Origin: Nemertoderma westbladi
Taxonomy: Eukaryota; Animalia; Xenacoelomorpha
Length of the DNA stretch: 64,000 nucleotides
Assembly (NCBI GenBank): GCA_032718475.1
Contig: JAUCBJ010008549.1
Span: 5,161-69,160, forward strand
Direction of reading: 5' to 3'
In this document: positions 1 through 12,522 of the stretch, piece after piece
Layout: every line of letters begins with the position of its first letter
Position numbering within the stretch: the stretch's first letter is position 1
Notes under the pieces: model-generated
Databases searched by the model: none
What the model was told of the DNA's origin: nothing
Seen by the model: only the letters and a program-made list of their open reading frames with translations
Position numbers and translations under genes: made by a program

Positions 1-330
1 AACCTCGTTCCCAATTTATCAAACAAACCAATCACCCTGAAATCTAGTTTGCGGCGGGGTAGAAACTGCCAGATTCCAACCTTACTACGAAATTACAGAT
101 CAAACGTCCACAATCTGCACGAGAATAACTTGGTGGTGACTGGACCGCAACTTTTAAACTCCTTGCCAAAGGAAATACGAGACCTGACTGGCTGCAGTCT
201 GGAAATATTTAAACTAAAATTAGATACATATCTGAGCGACATTCCAGACCAACCGGGCTGCCGGGGTTACACAGCCTGCATGAGCGTCCAGTCGAACTCT
301 CTTTTAAGATTGAATTGTAATTAAAACAAT
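1..330 (+). mobile_element. 3' end of a CR1/L2-group LINE ORF2 (fragment)
   Basis: ORF 49..324 reads GPQLLNSLPKEIRD...SLEIFKLKLDTYLSDIPDQP, resembling the C-terminal tail of CR1-group ORF2 proteins. Confidence 0.7.
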
Positions 331-904
331 TTCAATCAACCTTGTTTTTTATCCGATATTTCTTTTTAAACAGAATTACAATCAATCAAATTAACATTTT
401 TAAAGTATAATATGTATTTTATTTTATTGTATTGTATATTTTATTTGGTGCGCTCGTCGAGCTCGTCGAGGGTCGCTCGCTCGTCGAAAAAATAGCACCA
501 AAAATGATTGTTGCATTGCCAGAAAATATTTTAAACAAGTTTTATCGTGATCGGCGAACTCGTAAATCCTTATACCATCATAATTGTAATTTTTGAATCT
601 AAAAAAAATAAGTTGGTTAGACAATACAATATTTTTGAGTGTCATATTCGTGATCAGCATCCCAGGATACCCCTAATGCCTTAAAATCAAGTTGATTTGG
701 TAATAATTTTTATTATAAAATTTCTGCTACTTGAATTATCGTGCCGCACATTGACACAATATCCAAAGTGCCATAAGCGACAAGGTACAACATTTTTCAG
801 TGTCATATTCATGATCAGCATCCCAAAAATATCTTATTGTCTTAAAGCAATTTGATTTTGAGGTGATTTTTCATTATCATATTTGCAGTAACTTACGATT
901 GGTA

Positions 905-1510
905 TACTGCATTGCATCTGTATTATACAGTATATATTACATATATATTAAGAATGCTGGGCCGGCTTGTCTACATAATTGCGCCTCCACAACTCCGTAT
1001 CACCCATGACATTTGCTAGATAATCCACATCTTCATTCTTCAAGTGTCTTTTAAGATGAGTCTCAAGAAAGTTATGGGCTGTCCACCTTTCCACCATGCT
1101 TATTCACTCCATAAGGGCGCCAAAGCACAAGATTGCACTGGCTGGTCATCACGGCGAAAGCAATATCCTGCAAAGCGGAGGCGGTTCCGTTCAAGTGTCA
1201 AGCTAGAGGAGACTAATGGAATACCTCCAAAGTTTATATAGTCTGATTTGAGATGTGTGCATTGTACTTGACCCGCACAATGAATCCTGCGCAGCATTCT
1301 TGTATAAGTGCCATCCAGAGATTTGTTATCCTCTGCAGTTAGTGCCTATCATGGACTCATGTAGAGCAATACTGGAACTACTTTCCATAAATAATCGAAC
1401 CTTAAGGTTCCGTTTTATTTTATGGGACTACCAAATCCTGGACAGACTATCTAACGCTGCCCATGCCTTCCCCTTACGTATCCGAAGGTGTTCACCTGGC
1501 TTTCTGATCC
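905..1510 (-). mobile_element. RTE-clade LINE family A, 5'-truncated decayed copy
   Basis: Minus-strand translation (MLRRIHC...LERNRLRFAGYCFRRDDQPV) is homologous to the copy at 13580-15225. Confidence 0.85.
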
Positions 1511-2206
1511 ATGCAGTTCTTGCTTTTTTCGTGCCCCAGGGGGCACATTCTAAATTACAAAAAGGTTTGACTCTTGCCGTCACTGTCAATAACAGAACTG
1601 TGGTCGTTTAAGTGAATCCGATCAGAGCGTACATGACCTTGTTGTTCTCTGACAGCCGCCGGCTAGTGAGAGGAAAGGTGGTGGTCAGCCATTGGGTGAA
1701 TTGGAATGATATATTATGTAATTTGAGACACACATAAGCTGCAAAAAAGTTAAAACTCTTGGTGCGTTTGTTTGCTTATTTGTTACCTTCTACAAATTAT
1801 GTGTGATACCTTACTTCAATCAGATTAAATCAAATATGTGCAAAAACTTAACTCAGAACATTGTTTAATTTATGGTATTTAATGTGTTTGTTTTATATTT
1901 GCTTTGGATTTGTGATACACATAATCTTCGAAAGTAAATAGCAAAATTATCGGGGTAGAGTGTTTGTTTATACTGTAGGCCCTATATAATTTCAGCGGAA
2001 TTAGTATGTTGGTACCGTACTTCAGACACACTAACAAAATATTATCAAACTCGTTTAGCGACACCGGATGTCTATAAAGACCTCCGCGATGCAATAAGTT
2101 CCTGCATATATTGTTATTCAAATATTTCTGTTATTAAAAATACTTTCTTTCGGGTTCGCCGGAATCACCTCTATCAACTCGTAACTCAGAAAAAAAACGG
2201 GATAAA

Positions 2207-2236
2207 ATGAAAAGTTTTTCTCCATTTTATTCCAAG
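2207..2236 (+). CDS. Exon 1 of a mucin-like, probably GPI-anchored protein gene (MKSFSPFYSK)
   Basis: ATG at 2207 and AAG|gtaagt donor at 2237. Phase 0 joins in frame to the exon at 5323, completing a signal peptide. Confidence 0.7.
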
Positions 2237-2396
2237 GTAAGTTTGTAGCAACAGTTTGGAATCTAAGTAGGCCTACATCAATAGATCATACATTATGTCA
2301 GTCGTAAAATATAACTATAACTTTCGGCGCAATCAATATTAACTTTGATATTGGGTCGAAGGTCCGAATGAGACGAAGGTCCGAATGGGACGAAGG

Positions 2397-2815
2397 AATG
2401 CTGGGCTCTAACTGCTGAGGACACCAAATCTCTGGATGGCACATTCACAAGAATGCTACGCCGGGTTCATTGTGTCAAGTACAATGCACACATCTCCAAC
2501 CAGACACTATATAACATTGGAGGTGTCTCATTGGTTCCCCCAAGCTTGACACTAGAACAAAATCGCCTCCGCTTTGCAGGACATTGCTTTCGGCGTGAGG
2601 ACGAGCCAGTGCATAATCTTGTACTTTGCCAGCCTCATGGAGTGAATAAGCATGGTGGACAGCCCATGACTTTCTTGAGACGCATCTTAAAGGACACTGG
2701 CCTTGAAGATGTGTATGATCTAGTAAATGTCATGGGTGATAGGGAGTTGTGGCGGCGCAATTCGGCACAGCATTCTTAAAAATGCAGCTGCAACGCAGCA
2801 TGCCGATTCTAGTAG
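2397..2815 (+). mobile_element. RTE-clade LINE family A, 3' fragment
   Basis: ORF 2453..2779 is near-identical to the C-terminus of 13623..14318; ends in a tagtag tail. Confidence 0.9.
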
Positions 2816-3344
2816 CGAGATTCTATGTTTAAATCGATTTTTCACCGTACTTTATCCAGTTAAACAGTTATCTAAAACCGTCAAATATTTAACTTATTCT
2901 ATCTTAATGACGTTGGTAATAAATTTAGGGAGTAGGCCCCGGGTAGGAATTTCTTCCAAAAATCCCGGTAACCAGTATTGTTATATGAAAATGTCTCCAC
3001 TCAATGAAGAAATGTTTCCAATAATTAATATACCTAACCTTAATACGAACGTTATTATAATACGCCTATTTATATGCGAATATACAGTAGGATAAGCTTC
3101 TACATCTACATATTTATTTAACCCTATTAGTAGCCTACCGCCTACCGGGCTATATAATTTTGTACAAATACAAATACCGGAGGTCAATTTTTACTCACTT
3201 ATACGACGATGCTATAAAATCACATTTTCATGTTTTCTGGGGCGCTGATCTTCCCCTGGCTCAACAAATCAGTAACAAATTTGTATGTCACAATTCACCC
3301 CCCCTTCGCCACGTAAATATTATCTTAGCATCATTCTTTGCCGG

Positions 3345-5030
3345 ACCTTCGTCTTGGTGATTCGGACCTCCGTCTCATTCAGACCTCCGTCCCATTCGGA
3401 CCTTCGTCCTGTTGTTTCGGAGTTTCGTCTTGGTGTTTCGGACCTTCGTCTTGGTGATTCGGACCTCCGTCCCATTCGGACCTTCGTCCCATTCGGACCT
3501 CCGTCTCATTCAGACCTTCGTCCTGTTGTTTCGGACTTTCGTCTTGGTGTTTCGGACCTTTGTCTTGGTGTTTCGGACCTCCGTCCCATTCGCACCTCCG
3601 TCCCATTCGCACCTCCGTCCCATTCGCACCTCCGTCCCATTCAAACCTCCGTCCCATTCGGACCTCCGTCCCATTCGGACCTACGTCCCATTCGCACCTC
3701 CGTCCCATTCGCACCTCCGTCCCATTCAGACCTCCGTCCCATTCGCACCTCCGTCCCATTCGCACCTCCGTCCCATTCGCACCTCCGTCCCATTCAGACC
3801 TCCGTCCCATTCGGACCTCCGTCCCATTCGGACCTCCGTCCCATTCGCACCTCCGTCCCATTCGGACCTCCGTCCCATTCGGACCTCCGTCCCATTCGGA
3901 CCTCCGTCCCATTCGCACCTCCGTCCCATTCGGACCTCCGTCCCATTCGGACCTCCGTCCCATTCGGACCTCCGTCCCATTCGCACCTCCGTCCCATTCG
4001 GACCTCCGTCCCATTCGGACCTCCGTCCCATTCGCACCTCCGTCCCATTCGCACCTCCGTCCCATTCGCACCTCCGTCCCATTCGCACCTCCGTCCCATT
4101 CGCACCTCCGTCCCATTCGCACCTCCGTCCCATTCAGACCTCCGTCCCATTCGGACCTCCGTCCCATTCGCACCTCCGTCCCATTCGGACCTCCGTCCCA
4201 TTCGGACCTCCGTCCCATTCGGACCTCCGTCCCATTCGCACCTCCGTCCCATTCGCACCTCCGTCCCATTCGCACCTCCGTCCCATTCGGACCTCCGTCC
4301 CATTCGGACCTCCGTCCCATTCGCACCTCCGTCCCATTCGCACCTCCGTCCCATTCGCACCTCCGTCCCATTCGCACCTCCGTCCCATTCGCACCTCCGT
4401 CCCATTCGCACCTCCGTCCCATTCAGACCTCCGTCCCATTCGGACCTCCGTCCCATTCGCACCTCCGTCCCATTCGGACCTCCGTCCCATTCGCACCTCC
4501 GTCCCATTCGCACCTCCGTCCCATTCGCACCTCCGTCCCATTCGGACCTCCGTCCCATTCGGACCTCCGTCCCATTCGCACCTCCGTCCCATTCGCACCT
4601 CCGTCCCATTCGCACCTCCGTCCCATTCGCACCTCCGTCCCATTCGCACCTCCGTCCCATTCGCACCTCCGTCCCATTCAGACCTCCGTCCCATTCGGAC
4701 CTCCGTCCCATTCGCACCTCCGTCCCATTCGCACCTCCGTCCCATTCGCACCTCCGTCCCATTCGCACCTCCGTCCCATTCGCACCTCCGTCCCATTCGG
4801 ACCTCCGTCCCATTCGCACCTCCGTCCCATTCGGACCTCCGTCCCATTCGGACCTCCGTCCCATTCGGACCTCCGTCCCATTCGCACCTCCGTCCCATTC
4901 GCACCTCCGTCCCATTCGCACCTTCGTCCCATTCGCACCTCCGTCCCATTCGCACCTCCGTCCCATTCGCACCTCCGTCCCATTCGCACCTCCGTCCCAT
5001 TCGGACCTTCGTCCCATTCGGACCTTCGTC
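3345..5030. repeat. 17-bp minisatellite (gacctccgtcccattcg / cacctccgtcccattcg), ~100 copies, intronic
   Basis: Direct tandem periodicity; left end degenerate; 2-3 inverted units at 2356-2396. Confidence 0.97.
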
Positions 5031-5322
5031 CTGGAACTTCCCGGTCCAGGCAAAATCCACATAAATATCAGGCTGATTATCTTCAATAAAATATACGATC
5101 GGTAACAATCATATTTAATTGATTTTCGCTAATGGTTTTGTTTCTAATGTCGAGTCTAGATTCCGATCTGGGTTTTATTCCAATAAGCAAATCACTCCAA
5201 TTTTTAATACCGCTAGAAACAGCTTATATTTATTAAAAAACTTTAAAAATTATTTATTAACAATTTATTTATCATTTACATTTCCTATATAGAGGTATTA
5301 AATTACTGTAACATTTTTTTAG

Positions 5323-5670
5323 ATTGTTATCATCTGTTTGGTTGGCTGCGTCGTTGTTCAAACTACGAAGGTTGCGGAGGCTGGTTCAACAAGTTCAACC
5401 AACGCAACATCGACGACGACTACAACCACCACATCACCGACGACGGTTACGGATGCTGAGACAACAAGTTCAACCAACGCACCCACCACACCAACGACGC
5501 CGGCTGGGACAACAGGCTCAGAAAACACGGATCCGACGGGGGCCAGTGACAAACCGCTTGAGACATCATCGGTGGAGGTCAGTGACGCATCAACCCAGGA
5601 TGGAGTCGAGGTCCCGGTTGCAAGCTGCCTGGCACTCATAGCTGCCATGGTACTCGCCAAGTATATGTAG
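5323..5670 (+). CDS. Exon 2 of a small Ser/Thr-rich mucin-like protein with hydrophobic C-terminus
   Basis: tttttttag acceptor at 5321-5322; IVIICLVGCVVVQ hydrophobic stretch, Thr-rich body with NAT sequon, C-terminal ASCLALIAAMVLAKYM*. Confidence 0.8.
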   Translation: MVIICLVGCVVVQTTKVAEAGSTSSTNATSTTTTTTTSPTTVTDAETTSSTNAPTTPTTPAGTTGSENTDPTGASDKPLETSSVEVSDASTQDGVEVPVASCLALIAAMVLAKYM

Positions 5671-7099
5671 AAACCATCCCAGCATAACGTGAGAATGAAG
5701 GATTTGTGTGAAATGCATCGAGATTTATTTGTTGGAAGAATTCACAAAAAAATTTACAAAAAAATTTTTTGAAATATTTAATTAGTAGTAGTTTCGGGAT
5801 AGGCCCGGCCCTTTATTCTCCGAAATATATACAGTAATATTACTAAAATTATTAATCAACTCCCAAATCACGTAATATGTAAGTTAATGGAAGGTAAATA
5901 CTCGCCGAATCAGACTGTCGCCGAAATAGCGATTGCTAATTTTTTACCTACATAATTAACATAATTTGTGCAATTATTATTTTTAATGCAAAGGCTCTTA
6001 TAGTGTAGGAAGGTCATCAAGTGCCCAAAATTTAATTATTTATAAATACGAAGGCATTCTGAAACGACCTTATTACCAGAATTTTAATAAATGCTTATGT
6101 TCAAAAATTATTTGAAAAAAAAACATTTTTTTGCAACATTGTTGACACATTTTGCCAATTTTTTTAACCAAAATTTGACACTTTATGACCTATGATTCCT
6201 CTACCACAAGCAAAATAAAAAAAAATTGGTAACATGAGGTGTTAAGCATCACCCAATCATCGTTCATGACAAATTTCAAGAAAGAAATTTCAAGAAACTT
6301 CATTAGAAACTTTTGAAAAGCCTATGCATTTTGAAATTAAAAATTTTACATTCTTCAGAAAACACATTTAATATTTATCGTTTAACATTTAATTTATTGT
6401 TTCTATAATACAGTAATATAAAACTTCCACATTATTATATATTGCATATATAAGCTATTATAATTTAGTAATGTGTTGGTGGGGGGTGGGGGGGGGGCTG
6501 GTGGTGTTTGTTCCGTTGGGGAGAAGAGGGGCGGGGGGGGGGGGGGGGGGTATCGTATATTCGAGATAACTTTAATACTTTTTTAACTCAATACTTTATT
6601 ATTTTTTCTATCATCTTTACACTATTCGAGATAAGGCTTGTTATATTTTATCACATTTGTTATTGGCCCACCAGGCTCACATCCAAACCAATTGTGTTTT
6701 GTTGTATGCAGAGCGAGAAAGGTAGATTATAGTGAGAGGCGAGAAGATAACTATAATTCGTTCATCGTGGATAGCAATTTATTTTTGAAATTTTTTGAAA
6801 AACTCGATTTTGACTTCTCACTTTTTATCTTGGATGGAATATTGGAATATTTTTCCAAATCAGGCGACCTTGAAAGCTGATGGATTATTGTTGTGAGGAA
6901 GTTAGTCGTACAGTTTGGATATAGAAGTTACCGCGAGTAGCAGAGCGAGTACAGTACAGTATGGTAGTAATGTATTGTAGACGTTTTCCTAAATAAGTTT
7001 TGTAAGGTACAGTAGTTGGTAAGTTATTAGTGGTGGAATTTCGTCGTAGGCCTACATCAGTAGTCCTACTTGGTGCTTGTAAAGTAAGTCCAGTAGAAG

Positions 7100-7385
7100 A
7101 ATAGAGAGAGATTTATAAATAGGGTTAGATGACGATTGGTAGTGATTGTAAGTAATGCATCGGAGTAATTTATTAGTTTTAATTTTAATTGGTTTTATAT
7201 GGGTACTACACCAAAGGAGAAATACCGTACAAAAGGTAAGGGTGTATTATTAGAGAGTTGTCTGAGAATATGTAGTGGAAATATATTATGACGTAGTTTG
7301 TAAAAAATGGCAGTTGATTTATATTTTTTTTTTTCAATATAGTCAATGTGATGTTTCCAATTTAAATTACTAGAAAGCCAGCAAG
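7100..7385 (-). mobile_element. Decayed CR1/L2-group (Crack/Daphne-like) LINE RT fragment
   Basis: SNLNWKHHIDYI...IFYKLRH.IFPLHILRQL parallels the fragment at 42587-43208. Confidence 0.7.
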
Positions 7386-8150
7386 CTGGCTGGAAGGAGC
7401 CCGGGGGAAGAATCCTAGCCAAGACTATTACAGATGAACTATGTCAGTCATCAGTAAGTAAACTAAACAATTATCTGAACTGCAAGGCGTGAGGCTAGCT
7501 GTCTTTTGGCTCGTCCCACATAATAAAAAATGAAACTTTGCTACCACTAACAAAAATATAATATGAATCAAATAATTTCATTATCAAGCACGTTTACAAG
7601 ACCTTAGAGATTGAGTTAGGTTAGGTTTGTCGGCTCTACCGACAAACCGTGCGAGACTATAAAAAAAAATACCAAAGCAGTGAGTTTTTTGATTCACCTG
7701 TCCCCTCTACTGTAGGAAACTGGCTGACAGAAAACGGACGCGCCCGACAAGTAAACCAATCTTGTAGGAACGTGAGGATGCTACTACCCGGGTTGCCTCT
7801 ACTGTACGTGTACCTTTCTAACCGCGTGTAAATAAGCGTGGAACTCAGACATAAACTCACTGTCCAGATTACTGAAAAGAAGGTTACGGTATAGGTTGCT
7901 AAATAACGTATGAGCAGCCTGCAGTTTATTGGTTTATTATACAAATTACTAATGTCCACCGCCAGGGCGCGCATAGCAAATTGAAGGAACAGTTTCGGGT
8001 GCGCGGTAGCTAGAGCTGGTGCTTTATCGTTGAGGTGAGATGGAACAAGTCAGTGAGTCTTACAGTATTTCAGTAGAGAAATTTGGGAGGGCAAACGTAT
8101 GAGTTTAACCTGGAATAAGTATATTTTCCGCATGTTTTCACCGCCCTTGG

Positions 8151-8343
8151 CGCCCATGTGAAGAATACCAGGATATCACTTTTCGGTCGACTTTTTATTG
8201 CAATTTTATATATGAAGATTTTTTTTAGATTCAGCCCTTCTGTAACCTGTATTTTTGGTTAAAACCTATGACATTCTTCACATGGGGGTAACTGCAAAAG
8301 TGAAATATAACAGGCAGAAAGTCTGGTATTCTTCACATGGGCC
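8151..8343. mobile_element. MITE with ~20-bp TIRs and 8-9 bp TSD
   Basis: gcccatgtgaagaataccag ... ctggtattcttcacatgggc, flanked on both sides by (c)gcccttgg. Confidence 0.85.
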
Positions 8344-8474
8344 GCCCTTGGAGTATAATTAAATCTAGAATCAAAGCGACATGTTGCTGTCAGCTGGTCA
8401 GGGGTCCATTATAAATTAATTAAATTCAAATAGATAAGGGTCTTCTCCAACGGTAAAAATAATTTTATTAAAAT

Positions 8475-8510
8475 AAGTGAGTACTTTCTAGAGGCCTTTC
8501 TTCAGACTCT
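8475..8510 (-). ncRNA. Degenerate minimal type-I hammerhead-like motif
   Basis: Reverse complement gagt-CTGAAGA-aaggcctcta-GAAA-gtac-TC-actt; palindromic stem III, weak stem II. Confidence 0.4.
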
Positions 8511-8759
8511 ATATAAACTGATAAACACTAAACCGAACTGTAAAAACACACTGCACAACCGCAAATACCAAAGTCACCGGTACCTCTAAAGTATGCATTA
8601 GGAATAAGGCACATAGTGGGGCGAGCACAAAATAGGTGGTACTGTACTATATAATTGTATACATTATTAGACGGGTATATATAGCGAAAATCATAAAAAT
8701 ATGTAGATACAAAGTTTTCTATCTATTTACACTATTATAAATCGGTGGTTTACAACATG

Positions 8760-10068
8760 ACATACCAACAAACTATCGTGGGATCTGTCTGCTTGTGGTA
8801 GCTGCCGAAATATACAATAAAATGATTTTATATAGGATTAGGCCTCACATAGAGAAACTACTGCGTAAGAGCCAAAACGGATTTCGACCAAGTAGATCAA
8901 CAATAGCTCAGATACTTGCACTACGGAGACTGATTGAAGGAATTAAGTCAAAGAATCTCCCCGCAGTCATGACTTTTGTGGACTTCAAGAAGGCATTCGA
9001 CTCCATCCATAGAGGTAAAATGCTTGAAATCCTAAGAGCTTATGGAATACCAGAAGTAATTGTTGCTGGCATTGGATTGTTATATTGTGACACAGAAGCG
9101 CAGGTACTCTCACCAGATGGTGATACTGAGTTTTTCTCAATCCTGGCTGGCGTACTGCAAGGTGACACATTAGCACCATTACTATTTGTAATTGTGCTGG
9201 ATTACGCAATGAGGACGGCCACAGAGGGTGAAGATCTGGTATTCACACTTCAAGAACGCAGAAGTAGTAGATATCCGGCAACTACAGTCACAGACACCGA
9301 CTTTGCGGATGACATCGCCCTGCTCTCTAATACGCTAGCAAATACACAGCTTCTACTAAATAAAGTGGAGAGGGCTGATAAGGAGGTTGGATTACATATA
9401 AATGCTACAAAGACCGAATTCATGACCTTTAATGTTGATGGAAACTTGACAACAATTGATAATAATCACCTAAGGAAGGTCGATGACTTCCAGTACCTTG
9501 GATCATGGATAGAGTGTAGCAAAAAGGACATAGAAGTTAGAAAAGCAAAGGCTTGGGTAGCTCTATCAAAAATGGATACCATCTGGAAATCAGATCTCTC
9601 CAGGCACCTGAAGACTAAGTTCTTTCTAGCCACAGTGGAAAGTGTAATTTTATACGGGGGTGAGACCTGGACACTGACTAAATCACTTGAACAACGAATT
9701 GCAATTGATGGTTGCTACACAAGACTACTAAGGGCAGCCCTAAACATCAGCTGGAGACAACACATGACAAATAATAAATGACAAAAATACCACCTGTATC
9801 AACCACCCTCCGTGAACGCAGATTAAGATTCAGTGGGCACTGCTGGCGAAGTAAAGACGAGGTCATACCAGATCTACTTCTCTGGCAACCAACTCATGGA
9901 AAGCGTAGTCGTGGACGACCGGCCATAACATATATACTGTAGATCAACTTGAAAGGGATACTGAACTTAGGAGAAACGAAATTGCGACAACTATGGAGAA
10001 TCGGGAAGCCTGGAAGGATCTCATTTCCACTGTCCGAGTTCACTCGACCTACAGTAGTAGTAGTAGTA
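8760..10068 (+). mobile_element. RTE-clade LINE family B, 5'-truncated, RT domain
   Basis: ORF 8795..9781 has QNGFRPSRST, FVDFKKAFDS, GVLQGDTLAP and DFADD; (agt)n tail at ~10053-10068. Confidence 0.93.
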
Positions 10069-10924
10069 GGTTTACAACTTAATAAATAGTATTAAATTTT
10101 ATTTACTAAAAATTTAAAAAAGTTGTCTGATACTGTTATGCAGGGTTGCCATGTAGACACCCACAGAAATTTTCAGGTTCGAGATTCTAATGAGGATAGT
10201 ATAAAGGGACGAGGTTAAGCAGGTGATCAACCAGCAACAGCTCCGCAACGACAGCAAACTACACGCATTATCACCAGAAGTAAATAATGACGGAATCCTA
10301 CTAATTAATAACCGAATCCTACTAATGAACTTCATGATACCAACCCGAAAACCAATCATAATTCCGCCGTGATCGCCGCTGGTTAACCCCAAATCATACG
10401 GGACTGCCATAAGACCATCACTTGGTGTGCATCTGCCTATTGTTATTAATTATCGTTGACGCTTTAAAAATTTATTATTTTGTCAATAATTTAAAAAAAA
10501 AAATTTTAAATATCAATCTTATTTGATTATTAAATTAATGAATGAAATGAAAATATAAATAAATAATCAACAATACCATTTTTTGGCTGTACTGGTATAA
10601 TACCAAGTTCCGGCTAACCCAATAAAGATTGCCAATTCAGCCATTGAATGAAACACGATTAGCGGTTAAAATGCTACTAACTGTAGTACTAGTCGTTCAA
10701 TCAAAAGGTCAAATTGGCTGAAACAAAATTTTTTCGAGTCACGGAAATGAGGTCCACAAAAGTTATCGATTAAAATTTTTAGTTCATCGTTTTTATGAAA
10801 ATCACTTATATTAATTAATATTTGGCCAAAATTTTAAAACTAATTTTCTGAGAAATTGGCTGTAATAACAGAAATATAACAATTCCAGCCGATAACTTTT
10901 AAAGAAATTCCGAAACCCTTTGTA

Positions 10925-11235
10925 CTACTACTACAACTACTAGGTTCGGAATGCTACATCGCAGCTGCATTATATATGTATTACATATATATTAAGAATG
11001 CTGTGCCGACTTGTCAACAAAATTGCGCCGCCACAACCCTCTATCACCCATGACATTTACTAAATCATCCGCATTTTCAATGCCAATGTCCTTTAAGATG
11101 CGTCTCAAGAAAGTCATTGGCTGTCCACCATGCTTATTCACTCCATGAGGCCTCCAAAGTACAAGATTATGCACTGGCTGGTCCACACGGCGAAAGCAAT
11201 GTCCTGCAAAGAGGAGGCGGCCTTGTTCTAGTGAA
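10925..11235 (-). mobile_element. RTE-clade LINE family A, short 3' fragment
   Basis: ORF 10992..11186 homology; (cta)n tail at ~10924-10942. Confidence 0.88.
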
Positions 11236-11239
11236 ACCC

Positions 11240-11600
11240 TTTCAAATGAGCTCGTTTTTTGGTTTCGCTGATTTAATTTCCGATGTCAGTTTAAATGTTT
11301 GGTAGAATCTAGTCTGTCTGGCTGTCGGTTGTCTGTCTGTTGGTGGACAGACCGTCATACGAAAAAACAATGATAACTCGAGAACTAAAAGAGGTGCAGC
11401 TAAACGGTTTTCATATTTAAAATTATGGTCAAGATTAATTTGCAATATGACCATGAGGGGTGGGGAGGGGTGGTACTCCCCACTTAACCCTAGAATGACT
11501 TGATCTTTGGATCGAGACACACAGATCTGCGCCATAGGGCACTATAGAGGGAACGAATAGAGGGATAAACATATGATAAAAGGTTATCATTTCAAAGATC
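11240..11600. mobile_element. Possible Helentron/HINE-like non-autonomous element remnant
   Basis: Degenerate (gtct)n microsatellite followed by gataactcgagaac; layout recalls DINE/HINE elements; ends not defined. Confidence 0.3.
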
Positions 11601-12043
11601 AGAAAAAAAACTACTAACAGAATACAAGAACGCCATAAGTTTTTATTAGCAATATTAATTAATATAGGATTCTATAAACAGGAATGCATTTATCACAAAC
11701 AGAACCGTAAATTCAATTATCAGAAAAGTGAATTATTATAGTTATAAAATTTCATTAAGTCTTCTTTCTATATTGTGGAGCACCAAAGTGGAATAAAATT
11801 TAATACAAAATAAAAATTATATCAATTAAATTTGATCACATTAATTCATCTCGCGTTAACAATGGCATATATACTGTAAAGCTGTATTCTACTTTCATAA
11901 ACAAAGTCAAATGTTGGCAATGTATTGCGAAACCATTAAAAGAGAGATAACCAAAACATCAAGCTTAACTCACCACTTCATGGCAAAACACAGTCAATTT
12001 CAATATCATTAACAATAAGTGATTGGCTACATCTGTCTGACCC

Positions 12044-12436
12044 CTACAAGTCCTCGATTATTTCCCCACTTGTATCTGTAAGTATCCCACTCTCATCCTC
12101 ACTGCTCTCCGCCGCCCCAGAGCTCTGTTCTGATTGGCTACTGCTATAATCCGCCTCTGGCCTATCATCAAGCAATTCCCATTGGGATTCTAGAAATTCC
12201 TCCAGCCCAGATATTTGATCCCTAGTTCGTCTCTGCCGCTCCTCTATCAGCTTCCCTTCCACCGCCAACCTCGCTTTCATTGTGACGTAATGGTTGTAAT
12301 CATCGAGTTGTGATTGGTTGAGCGGTTGACGCAGAGACAATGAGACTGTTTCGCTGCGAATGTCGATATCAGACTTGAGTTTTTTCGCGTCTAAATATTT
12401 CGTTAGTCGCATGTCCCGTTTAGTAATGAGATCCTC
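12044..12436 (-). CDS. Shroom: Shroom-family gene, last coding exon (C-terminal part of ASD2/SD2)
   Basis: cccttctctcag acceptor; EDLITKRD...DAKKLKSDIDIR...LDDYNHYVTMKARLAVE resembles ASD2 (DAKELKENLDRR, LADYEHFVKMKSAL). Confidence 0.85.
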   Translation of the reverse strand, partial: EDLITKRDMRLTKYLDAKKLKSDIDIRSETVSLSLRQPLNQSQLDDYNHYVTMKARLAVEGKLIEERQRRTRDQISGLEEFLESQWELLDDRPEADYSSSQSEQSSGAAESSEDESGILTDTSGEIIEDL

Positions 12437-12522
12437 CTGAGAGAAGGGAAATTAAACAATATTAAATAATATATTATTCCCCAATCTGACAATTGGGGAC
12501 CCGAAGACTCCTCTTTCGATAG

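Noticed and set aside
3285-5108. Long ORFs on both strands (up to 606 aa)
   Set aside because: Artefact of a nearly stop-free 17-bp tandem repeat inside a predicted intron.
6478-6552. Poly-G/poly-C tracts as functional G-quadruplexes (also ~42750, 49090, 49815, 54095)
   Set aside because: Homopolymers, often within repeats and error-prone in assembly; no evidence of function.
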